A stretch of DNA of 64,000 bases from Oligoflexales bacterium (GTDB taxonomy: Bacteria > Bdellovibrionota_B > Oligoflexia > Oligoflexales > RGVZ01). Shown one piece after another: positions 1 through 7,932 of this stretch. The DNA is taken from contig JBIIGV010000233.1 of assembly GCA_044236265.1 (NCBI GenBank), forward strand, positions 15,187 to 79,186. Reading direction: 5' to 3'. Both the position numbers and the translations under genes were made by a program. Within the stretch, counting starts at the first letter, position 1. Every line of letters begins with the position of its first letter. Below the pieces are notes generated by a model. That model saw nothing but the letters and a program-made list of their open reading frames with translations, made no database searches and was not told the origin of the DNA.

Positions 1-912
1 CCAATTATTTGTATTCCAACTTCCCGTGGCCAAAGGCGAAACTAAAAGTGGCTTACTGGTATCGATAATTCCAGATCCTGTCAGAGATAGGCTGCATGAG
101 GTCGTCGTGGCCTGGCGAGATGCTGTCAATGAGCAAGATGGTGGAGTTAACTTCGGTGCTGTCGCTGAGCATGTTGAACTTCCGTCGTTTCCATAGACTG
201 TTGCGGTTAATAGAGTGTCTGACGTCTGGCTACAGGCTACGTTGTTACTGGCTGGACTGCTGCCATCCCAAGTTACCGAGCTCCCGAGGATGCTAAAACT
301 CGATATGGTTCCAGCCAATGACGTTCTTGTTAAAGTATAGGTACAATTGGCACTGGTTCCTATGCGCGAAAAACTTAGACTGCAATCCGGCGCTGTGGTT
401 GTCTTTGGCACTTCATTGCTAAAGCACTCTTGCCCTTTTCCATCATCAGACTCTAGAGCTGCAGCAAAACGAGTGATATTCGCTTTGGCGCAATAAGTAG
501 ATCCAGTCCAAGTTGTCCCTGACTGAACCAAATTTGTCGGTGCGGAAGGTGATATTGTGGCGCTCTTGGCGTTTTTGCCAGCGATCTGAGTGATGGTCAA
601 TTCACAGGTGTCAGTTTGATCCTTCCTTTTTGCAGTCATCGTGCAACTTGGAAGAGTCACAACGGGAGCGATCACCCCAGTTTCGCAAGGGCGACCGGTG
701 CCGCCTTGCCCTGTGAGTGTTGCATTAAATACTGTTGATGAACTTGTGGCGCAAGCTGCGTTACCTGTCCACACGTTGCCGGACTTTGTCCAGGATGATG
801 GCCCAACTGGTGTTATGGACGGATTACCGTTTATAGGATCAGCAGAGCCTGTGACTGTTAACGAGCACCCTCCGGTATTTCCGATGCGGCTAGCGGTAAT
901 GGAACACGATGG
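1..912 (-). repeat. Tandem ~85-aa four-Cys protein repeats (3 complete, 1 partial) in the protease C-terminus
   Basis: P-x-C-x-x-x-x-x-R-x5-C motif recurs with the first Cys codon at 906, 645, 384 and 135 (spacing 261, 261, 249 nt): PSCSITASRIGNTGGC, PSCTMTAKRKDQTDTC, PDCSLSFSRIGTSANC, PSCSLTASRQATTTSC. Confidence 0.85.
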
Positions 913-1908
913 TACCGCGATCGGCGCAGCGGGTGGGGGAGCTGTGATGATTTTATGTGAGTCGCCAAAACTCTGAATTGCAGATTGAATTTGCGGAGCC
1001 AGTACGCTCATTCGCGGTCCCTGACCTGGGCCTGAATAAGTAACAAGTCCAAATAAGATAGGCATGATTCCATTAGCGGTATTCATGAGTAGAATTGAGG
1101 GAGAACTCGAATCGCCGGAGATCATGTTTTCGTAGTAAAGCTGATAGGCGCTTCCCGGTGGGTTATATTTTGGATCAATAGTAATACCTTGAGGGCCGAA
1201 AGGACTAGCTTGGACGATGAGCGCCTTATTCTCTTGATCAATTCTGAGCAGGGGGCTGTATTGTGCCGCGTAGGTAGCTGCATTGGGATCCAATATTTTC
1301 ATCGGTGTGATGCTGCCAGGTAGGTCGCTGTCAAGGCGAACAACAGCGACGTCGGGATCGAATGTGGACGATAAATATTTCACTTCGATTATTTTTCGAG
1401 AAATAACTCGATTATCCAGAGTTAAAAAGCTAAGCGTTTGGCCAACCTGACCGTGAAATCCATAATGTTTGGTGTAGATCACATGTCTAGAGGTGATAGC
1501 TGTACCTCGTGGCACATTCTGAGTTACGGCCGTAAGATTGATCCCTGCGATCCAGCTGGCTGGGTTGTATGCTTCTTTTGAACGCCAAATTTTTGCAACC
1601 GATGGGTCTTTTCCGCAAATTCTTTGCAGTACAGCTCGACTCATTGATTCTCGCCAAGCTCTGTCGGATGTTGTCCCAAAAGTTGAAATTTGCGAGACAC
1701 ACGGCGTTGTATTTGCTGTGAGCTGCAGTTCCTGGCCCTCCTCGCCAAATGGTGCTCTGGTTGGATTAGGGTCCTTGAGCATCTCGCCTGGGAAAGAATT
1801 ATATTTTTCTGAGCCAGAATTAGTTTCTCTAGATTTACAGCTGATTGAATGCGCAAAAGTAAAAGCTAGAATTGATATAAATCCTATACGCATATATCTT
1901 GGATCCAT
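1..1908 (-). CDS. Lipoprotein trypsin-like (S1/PA clan) serine protease with C-terminal Cys-rich repeats; 3' end runs off the window start (>=636 aa)
   Basis: Manual translation of the minus strand from ATG 1908 (alternative ATG 1893) is open to position 1. Lipobox-like MRIGFISILAFTFAHSIS-C (Cys 1839-1837). Triad-like motifs: GTAITSRHVIYTKH (His 1467-1465), DVAVVRLDSDLP (Asp 1353-1351), MISGDSSSP (Ser 1110-1108). Absent from the ORF track because there is no stop in the window. Confidence 0.8.
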   Translation of the reverse strand, partial: MDPRYMRIGFISILAFTFAHSISCKSRETNSGSEKYNSFPGEMLKDPNPTRAPFGEEGQELQLTANTTPCVSQISTFGTTSDRAWRESMSRAVLQRICGKDPSVAKIWRSKEAYNPASWIAGINLTAVTQNVPRGTAITSRHVIYTKHYGFHGQVGQTLSFLTLDNRVISRKIIEVKYLSSTFDPDVAVVRLDSDLPGSITPMKILDPNAATYAAQYSPLLRIDQENKALIVQASPFGPQGITIDPKYNPPGSAYQLYYENMISGDSSSPSILLMNTANGIMPILFGLVTYSGPGQGPRMSVLAPQIQSAIQSFGDSHKIITAPPPAAPIAVPSCSITASRIGNTGGCSLTVTGSADPINGNPSITPVGPSSWTKSGNVWTGNAACATSSSTVFNATLTGQGGTGRPCETGVIAPVVTLPSCTMTAKRKDQTDTCELTITQIAGKNAKSATISPSAPTNLVQSGTTWTGSTYCAKANITRFAAALESDDGKGQECFSNEVPKTTTAPDCSLSFSRIGTSANCTYTLTRTSLAGTISSFSILGSSVTWDGSSPASNNVACSQTSDTLLTATVYGNDGSSTCSATAPKLTPPSCSLTASRQATTTSCSLSLTGSGIIDTSKPLLVSPLATGSWNTNNW

Positions 1909-2083
1909 CGATCGTCTCGCGATAAGTAAGTCATAAAAATTTGTCGTTAACTTGGTTTTAAGGATGCCATAGAAAAAGTCCAAAAAACAGGCGTATTTTG
2001 TACCCGTGCGGCTTAGGCGGCCGCCTTTGTGACGCTCCTAGATATGACTGCGTGAACCCGTAGAGGCGTTTTTAATTTATGGG

Positions 2084-2857
2084 TCAAATGTGACGACGAA
2101 CTTGGAGCATTTTTAGAAGAAAATAACATCCGAGCGCAGCCCATAGGTGTTTGAGTGCGTGACCACTCGTTAGCTCTCTGGTGCTTGCCCAAATTGCTTG
2201 GTCCATGTCTTCGCAAATTTTTGCAAGAACATAGCAGCCGATGGCAATCCCGATATACCCTGCGTGAGTGAAGCGTGCTGGGCATAGCCAAATAAGACAA
2301 GGTATGGCGAGGATCGGGTAGAACTGTACAAACGCGTAAGGGCGCAGGTCACCAGATCCTGAATCCTCCGTCATAATCCAATACACGACGCTCAGTAAGC
2401 CAAGGGCGATCAGTGGCCATAATACAAATTGGTAGGCCCTATTGCTAATGCGCTCACCAATGATGGATGCAAATAACGCGGAAAAACCGATTGTCATGGG
2501 TAAGCGATCCCAAAATAGTCCCCAGTTATCAGGGCGCCAATGGTAGTAGCCAGAGCCAAGAGCCGTCATAAGAACGCCGGAAAAAAATATGATCCAACCT
2601 GTCTTTTGTTCGCCAACTGCATATCCGTTTAACTTGGAGCTTGCAATGCTCATGATTCCCAATATTCCAACGATAGCAAATGGCACATTCGAAAGCACAT
2701 TTTGCCAATTAGGCAGATGCATGAAAGGTAGTTCATCAGCAAAGCGGTGATAGGATGGGTCCTGCGCGATTGGATCCAAAGAGGCAATAATACTGGCCAC
2801 AATTAGTGCTGATACCATGAGGAAAGAAAGCCGTTGGCGCTCGGTCGTTAACTGCAT
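2084..2857 (-). CDS. Alkaline (phyto)ceramidase-like multi-TM membrane hydrolase (CREST superfamily)
   Basis: Motifs YHRFAD, NVLSNVPF, GSGYYHWRPDN..LFWDRLPMTI and SGHALKHL; several hydrophobic segments. GAGGG lies upstream of ATG 2857 (the track starts at GTG 2860). Confidence 0.85.
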   Translation of the reverse strand: MQLTTERQRLSFLMVSALIVASIIASLDPIAQDPSYHRFADELPFMHLPNWQNVLSNVPFAIVGILGIMSIASSKLNGYAVGEQKTGWIIFFSGVLMTALGSGYYHWRPDNWGLFWDRLPMTIGFSALFASIIGERISNRAYQFVLWPLIALGLLSVVYWIMTEDSGSGDLRPYAFVQFYPILAIPCLIWLCPARFTHAGYIGIAIGCYVLAKICEDMDQAIWASTRELTSGHALKHLWAALGCYFLLKMLQVRRHI

Positions 2858-2929
2858 CACGCTGCCCTCAAAAATGAATCAAATCTTTCAGGTTGTTAGA
2901 ATCGGAACGCTTCTCTTAAACAGAGAAAA

Positions 2930-4471
2930 TTATTGTGTCGCAGTCCCTCTGATTGCGATTAAATCATCGCGCAGTTCTCCGAGGCTGTCACCCATGAGCA
3001 TTCTAAAGTCATCAACGGTCTCAGGGGTCGGCCAAAGGTAGTCGGTAATGACGCGAAGGCCAATGTTCAAAAAGAAATTATCCTTGATCTCAGTCGAAGT
3101 GATAGTGCGAATGATTGTTGATTGATGAACCGTTGAATTAACTTCCATGGATCCAAATGTTCCTCTGCCGCCATTTCCTTTAACCAGGCCAACCGTTAAG
3201 ATCTTCGAGTACTCTCGAAGATTGCCGGGCATCATAACGTCCAGAAATCCAGGGGGCATTAGCCCAAAAAGAGCGCCGCTAAAGCTAGGAATTGGCATGC
3301 CAGTAAGTTTCCAGTCAAAGCGAGCCACCGTCCCATCGCGGTAAGACATACTGAATTTTGTTTCCTTGGAGTTCATTCTTAAACCCAGTACGGACAGATC
3401 TACGGCAGAATTTAGCTCACCATCAAAGGTTTTAAGTTCTGATGGAATCAACGCTTTACTAAAAACTGGTTCGCCGCTCTCGTCTTCAGGCAGGAAGGCG
3501 CCACCAGCGGTTAAAAAACTCATGCTGATTTCATGCGAGGCGCTATTGTAGCCAAAATTTATAATTTTCAAGCCATCACTCGTGAGCAATTCAGTCGAAG
3601 ATTTAACAACCACAAACCTCATGATGCGTTCCAGGTAGGCTCCTAAGTTTGCGTAGGATTCTTGTATGCGATCGATATTCAAGCTTGCCCGGATGGTGAA
3701 CTTGAGCCACTGATTTGAGCCAGATGATTTTGTCTCTGCTTTGACAGTGACTTTAGAAACATCGTTCATAAAAGCGGAAAATTTTGGTACGACACTGCCC
3801 ATTTCGTTGAGGATAGTTCGTCCTAATCCTTCATTGTTTGTGAAGTAAGGTAATTGCTTGGGCGTAAGTTTTGCAAGATTGCTCGGATCAATGACTTTTA
3901 ATTGGCGTGACGTGAGTGCCATTTGTGCTTTGTGGTTCAGCTCATCAGTTTGTAAAAAGCCCAGCCATGACATCCGGTATCCTGGACCGTATTTTTCCTT
4001 TTTGCCGTCATTGTACAAAATGCCAAATTGTAGGCCACCATCGAGAAATTTTTGTGGCGATAGGCCATTTGGAGGCGACTTTACATAGTCAACCACATAA
4101 GAGTCGCCTGCTGTTTTACCTGTGAAGGAGAAAAATCTTGTGCCGTCGCTTTGGACGTGCGCGATGGGAGTTGAGGTAAATAGTTGTAGCGAGAGACTTT
4201 GCAGCGCATCCGACGTAAACCGCAGGGCATTTGACGCAGCGGGAGTGAGTTTGAGTGAATTGGCGATCTGCCATTGAGCTGAGATCCATTTCTCAAATGG
4301 TTGCAACTCATGGCAGGCAGCCGTGTCACCGCATAACGCCTGGCGTGCCGTGTATGCAGGAGTGTCAGCGCCTTTGCTAACTTGTGCTTGATGAGCAATC
4401 AGCAATACTAGTGTTGCTTGCAGTAAATGGCTTAAATTTTTGCTAAATTTTGGGGTTATTTGTCTCACCAT
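2930..4471 (-). CDS. Hypothetical secreted protein (513 aa)
   Basis: Long ORF with an N-terminal signal-peptide-like segment and an AAGG motif upstream of the start; no family recognised. Confidence 0.75.
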   Translation of the reverse strand: MVRQITPKFSKNLSHLLQATLVLLIAHQAQVSKGADTPAYTARQALCGDTAACHELQPFEKWISAQWQIANSLKLTPAASNALRFTSDALQSLSLQLFTSTPIAHVQSDGTRFFSFTGKTAGDSYVVDYVKSPPNGLSPQKFLDGGLQFGILYNDGKKEKYGPGYRMSWLGFLQTDELNHKAQMALTSRQLKVIDPSNLAKLTPKQLPYFTNNEGLGRTILNEMGSVVPKFSAFMNDVSKVTVKAETKSSGSNQWLKFTIRASLNIDRIQESYANLGAYLERIMRFVVVKSSTELLTSDGLKIINFGYNSASHEISMSFLTAGGAFLPEDESGEPVFSKALIPSELKTFDGELNSAVDLSVLGLRMNSKETKFSMSYRDGTVARFDWKLTGMPIPSFSGALFGLMPPGFLDVMMPGNLREYSKILTVGLVKGNGGRGTFGSMEVNSTVHQSTIIRTITSTEIKDNFFLNIGLRVITDYLWPTPETVDDFRMLMGDSLGELRDDLIAIRGTATQ

Positions 4472-4616
4472 CCTGCCTTCACAAGCTGAAATTTTTGAAG
4501 CGACAGATCATAGTTGAGGTTGTCATAATTAATTTTGTCGTTACGTTAATGATAGCAGCTCTATGACCAAGCCGTAAAATTGCGCTCGAAGCGATTAGGG
4601 GTATCGGTTAAAAAAC

Positions 4617-4651
4617 AAAAAGCCCCGGGGCTTTAAGCTCCGGGGCTTTTT
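4617..4651 (-). terminator. Rho-independent terminator downstream of the 65-aa peptide gene
   Basis: AAAAAGCCCCGG...CCGGGGCTTTTT inverted repeat; on the minus strand the stem is followed by TTTTTGTTTTTT. Confidence 0.85.
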
Positions 4652-4687
4652 CGCGGACTTTATAGGTCCACAATTGATCGCCGTAAA

Positions 4688-4885
4688 TTAGCGAGGAACG
4701 CAGCTTCCACGCCATGTGCAATGTGGCTGAGCCTCGCAGGTCGCTGGCTTGGTGTAGCCACCGCATGTGTTGAAGCTCATCTCAAAAGAGCCAAGATCCG
4801 TAGCAACTGCTGAGGACTGGAATGTTGAGCCCATCATGAACGCACTAGCCAATACTGCGGCTGCCAATACAAAAGCTTTTTTCAT
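4688..4885 (-). CDS. Small secreted Cys-rich peptide (65 aa)
   Basis: Strong SD (GGAGG) before ATG, classic signal peptide MKKAFVLAAAVLASA, C-terminal C-x8-C-x5-C-x-W-x3-C, and its own terminator. Confidence 0.8.
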   Translation of the reverse strand: MKKAFVLAAAVLASAFMMGSTFQSSAVATDLGSFEMSFNTCGGYTKPATCEAQPHCTWRGSCVPR

Positions 4886-5210
4886 TTTTTCCTCCGTTGG
4901 AAAACTTGGTTGGTGTTTGCCTTAGCGCCCAGCATTCAAGATAAGCCAACCCGTTTGAACGTCTGGGTTAATAATGAGCATGGTAACTAAGGCTGCCTGT
5001 GGGTAGAAACTAGTATGTCAAACTGACCAACGCAAGATTTTTTAACTCTAATGATTTTAGCACCTTGGCAAGACAGGTGTGAGTGAGTTCTGGCCTCTCA
5101 ACCCGATGAACGTTGATTGTTTCGATAATCGTGATTGCCTGTGAGGTGGAGGTGCTGGTAAGAAGCGGCCTCTAAATAAGCAAGATGTCCTATGTTTTTG
5201 CAGGTTCGGC

Positions 5211-5468
5211 ATGAAATCACTAGTGTCTATCATCGTCTTGAGTGTGGTCTCTGGTGTGTTTGCATCGCGTGTCACGGCGCATGACGAAAATAAAGCTGAG
5301 CTGTGGTCATGCAGGGGCTACTGTTTTATGGGCGGTGATACGCCAACCAATCCTTGGATCCCAGTTAGTTCTACTGGTGCTTCGGAGGAAGAAGCTAGGG
5401 ATAATATCGACTGCGGATCATTCATCGAGGTTGAAATCACTTGCCGAAAAGTGGAATACATTAGGTAG
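5211..5468 (+). CDS. Small secreted four-Cys protein (85 aa)
   Basis: Signal peptide MKSLVSIIVLSVVSGVFASRVTA; mature part with WSCRGYC...IDC...ITC; followed by a terminator. Confidence 0.7.
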   Translation: MKSLVSIIVLSVVSGVFASRVTAHDENKAELWSCRGYCFMGGDTPTNPWIPVSSTGASEEEARDNIDCGSFIEVEITCRKVEYIR

Positions 5469-5482
5469 TGCGATCATTAATT

Positions 5483-5522
5483 AAAAAACGATTGGCTGTA
5501 TTGATGCAGCCAATCGTTTTTT
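5483..5522. terminator. Bidirectional intrinsic terminator between convergent genes
   Basis: AAAAAACGATTGGCTGTAT-TG-ATGCAGCCAATCGTTTTTT, with A/T tracts on both sides, between stops at 5468 (+) and 5540 (-). Confidence 0.9.
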
Positions 5523-5539
5523 GTCTTCAAAGGAACCGA

Positions 5540-6592
5540 TTAGGACCTTTTCTTCTCGATCATGACGATGGAGAACTTTTTTGATGATCCATTGAATGAG
5601 CAATAACCAGTTTTAATATCGCGTTTTAGATCACTGATGTAGTGGTCAACTACTGCCGGTTTCGCTGTTGCACATGCTTCAATAGATTCATAGACGGTTT
5701 CAGGCTTGATGATGAGCATCTGAGAGGGTGTCTGTGACATGCTAACTAAAGCCGCACCAGTGCGTGCCAATGGGTCCTTTGCACAATAGACACCAAAGCT
5801 TCGCAAATCCGAGTCATTAAGAATTCTTTGAGTGTCCTCAACAAGCTGGGTACAGTCTGTGGGGTTTTGAAATTCAGATATCGTCATTTCTTCCAGGCGA
5901 ATGGTTTGGTCGCCGTAGTATCGTACTGCTAGGTTTTGGTGACTGAGAGCATTCTCAACTGTGAGCTGTGCGACTTCGAAACCAAACTTGGCAAATTCCC
6001 GGCTCATCATGTCCGTAAATGTTTCCCGCGTATGGCCGAGAATTGTTCCAAAAACATTGCTGGAAACAGCGTATGGACGGCGCTCCGGATTGCCAAAGCT
6101 TGTGACATTGATTTCCCATGAATCACTGCTGTACGAGGGAATCACACAGTAGGCGGAAAAAATATCAAGCTTCGTTTGGCGGGTGAAGATTTCTTTTTCA
6201 GAATCAATCGTGGCAATGCACGCCTCTTTGGTCTTAAATTGTGGTCTGAAATAACTAAAAACTTCGTAAGTCGAAACAATCGGAAGCTGCTTTTCTGCGG
6301 TGTAGCTGATCTCAACATCCCATCGCGCAAGTGGTCCGTGGCTTCCGTTATCAACACATCTTGCATCCGTAACGTCGATTTGCAGGCCTAGTGTGTTCGC
6401 CAAGAAGGTTTTGAGACGCTGTCCCTCCGAGTAGGCGACATCGTCACAAAGAGTGCTGCTATCAGGGGTTAATCCATCGATTCTGAACAAAAAGTTACCT
6501 GCCACTGCCGCGGACGAAGAAATAGCCGCAAGCATAGTCGCAACTATGGCTTTTTTGCTGATGATCTTAAATGACGCTAAATTAAAACGCAT
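5540..6592 (-). CDS. Secreted Cys-containing hypothetical protein with internal repeats (350 aa)
   Basis: Signal peptide; GGAG SD; three similar segments FKTKEAC...SAYC, FQNPTDC...GVYC, YESIEAC...TGYC. Confidence 0.75.
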   Translation of the reverse strand: MRFNLASFKIISKKAIVATMLAAISSSAAVAGNFLFRIDGLTPDSSTLCDDVAYSEGQRLKTFLANTLGLQIDVTDARCVDNGSHGPLARWDVEISYTAEKQLPIVSTYEVFSYFRPQFKTKEACIATIDSEKEIFTRQTKLDIFSAYCVIPSYSSDSWEINVTSFGNPERRPYAVSSNVFGTILGHTRETFTDMMSREFAKFGFEVAQLTVENALSHQNLAVRYYGDQTIRLEEMTISEFQNPTDCTQLVEDTQRILNDSDLRSFGVYCAKDPLARTGAALVSMSQTPSQMLIIKPETVYESIEACATAKPAVVDHYISDLKRDIKTGYCSFNGSSKKFSIVMIEKKRS

Positions 6593-6619
6593 AAGAACTC
6601 CATTTCTTGTGGTTAAGAT

Positions 6620-7741
6620 TCATTTACAGGATGACTGAATGCGATCTGAAAAAGACTGATCGAGTTTGACCACTCGATTATTTTCCTTATCGCAAGGTTC
6701 AAGGATTGGATTGCAGGCATTGGCAGCGCGTGCAAAAACCGTTGACGTTTTGTCGTCGATGACAATGCTCTTGATGCCAGAGAATTCATCAGCCCCCATG
6801 TTGATCTCGTCAGCAAACATCGGCAAGGATGCCTCACCATTCAAGTCAAAAACCTCAACTACATTTGATTCGTCATTGCCGACAACGACGCAATGCCCGG
6901 TGATAACAAAAGATCGTGGATAGCCTTTAGTCTTGAATTCATGGCGGGTCTCTCCGGAGACTGTGTCGATTACCCTGACTTTGCTCTCCGATAATGCGCT
7001 GGTGACGATTTGTGATGTTCCAGGAAGTACTGCGATGCCGCGGTATTTTGCTGCTTTTGATTTTGTGATGACCCTGGTCGCTGAGGTCTTTGGATCCACT
7101 TCCACGATGCTGGATGCGTCCTGGCCCATCCCTTCACTCGAGACTAGCAGCAGTTTTCCATTGAGACTTGTGCCAGACACTGGCATGCGCACTCGCGCAG
7201 CAAGGTATTTGGAATCTGTGCCTGTCGAGGAAAAGATTGTTTGGGCTGGAAGACCAGCCGCCGGATCACTTGTATCGTTTGGATTGCCGCCCATATCGGT
7301 GAAGAAGTGGCGACCATTCACGGTGGAAACCCAAAAGGTAATAAAACCGCCGAGGGCGATTTCTTTAGTTGTCTTTTTGATTTTTCCATTTTCGAGACGC
7401 GCCAATGTATACTGCGTCAGACGAGATTCTGGGCTGATCCCGGTGATGATGATGGAGCCGTTACCTGCCACTTTCATGGAATTAAGACTATGCGATAGCG
7501 TGACTCTATCAATCAGGGTGCCATTAGGTTGGTAAGCTTCGAGTCTATAATTTGCGTTAAACTGCAGGCGAGACTGACCAATCCACAAGACGTCTCCGTC
7601 TGCCACCATGGAGTCATAAGGCTCTCCTCGATCTAGTAAAGTCACAGTTTCTGCTGCGTTAGCCCACGTGGACGTTACAATCAGCGCAGCAAAAAATGAA
7701 TTTAAAAAGCTTATCCTCAGCATCATCGTGGTCCTCTTCAT
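6620..7741 (-). CDS. Secreted beta-propeller-like (YncE-like) protein (~373 aa)
   Basis: AAGGAG precedes ATG 7741, a better start than the track's 7789. Signal peptide ends in ANA-AET. Propeller-blade-like strands such as SKVRVIDTVSGETRHEFKTKGYPRSFVIT and NVVEVFDL. The fold call is an inference. Confidence 0.65.
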   Translation of the reverse strand: MKRTTMMLRISFLNSFFAALIVTSTWANAAETVTLLDRGEPYDSMVADGDVLWIGQSRLQFNANYRLEAYQPNGTLIDRVTLSHSLNSMKVAGNGSIIITGISPESRLTQYTLARLENGKIKKTTKEIALGGFITFWVSTVNGRHFFTDMGGNPNDTSDPAAGLPAQTIFSSTGTDSKYLAARVRMPVSGTSLNGKLLLVSSEGMGQDASSIVEVDPKTSATRVITKSKAAKYRGIAVLPGTSQIVTSALSESKVRVIDTVSGETRHEFKTKGYPRSFVITGHCVVVGNDESNVVEVFDLNGEASLPMFADEINMGADEFSGIKSIVIDDKTSTVFARAANACNPILEPCDKENNRVVKLDQSFSDRIQSSCK

Positions 7742-7898
7742 AATGTTGTATCTCCTTGTGAGTATGGTTGAGCTAACACGCCGGCGCAACGGCTAATTTT
7801 TGGGTCAAACCGCCATCATCAGGTTTAAAATATGAGCTTTAGCTGGCATTGCAAGAATGTTCGTCATGTTGGCTATTTTCACTGAGCGCAGGAATCAA

Positions 7899-7926
7899 TT
7901 GATTTGCGCTTTTTGCGGGCTATACT
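7899..7926 (+). promoter_or_regulatory. Putative sigma70 promoter, probably giving a leaderless mRNA for the nuclease-helicase operon
   Basis: TTGATT (7899-7904), 16-nt spacer, TATACT (7921-7926); ATG 7933 lies 6 nt after the -10 element and has no SD. Confidence 0.5.
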
Positions 7927-7932
7927 TTAGCT

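Noticed and set aside
96..1936. Track ORFs 96-296, 641-976, 1538-1936 (+) and 1487-1702, 1641-1856 (-)
   Set aside because: They overlap the long minus-strand protease ORF, which has coherent motifs.
4905..4995. c-di-GMP-I riboswitch suggested by GGCAAAC on the minus strand
   Set aside because: The following GNRA-capped P2 stem and GCAAAG/P3 elements are not present.
5057..5484. ORFs 5057-5275 (-) and 5242-5484 (+)
   Set aside because: They overlap the better-supported 5211-5468 gene with its signal peptide and have no recognisable features.
6666..7535. Plus-strand ORFs including the 200-aa 6933-7535
   Set aside because: Antisense shadows of the propeller gene.
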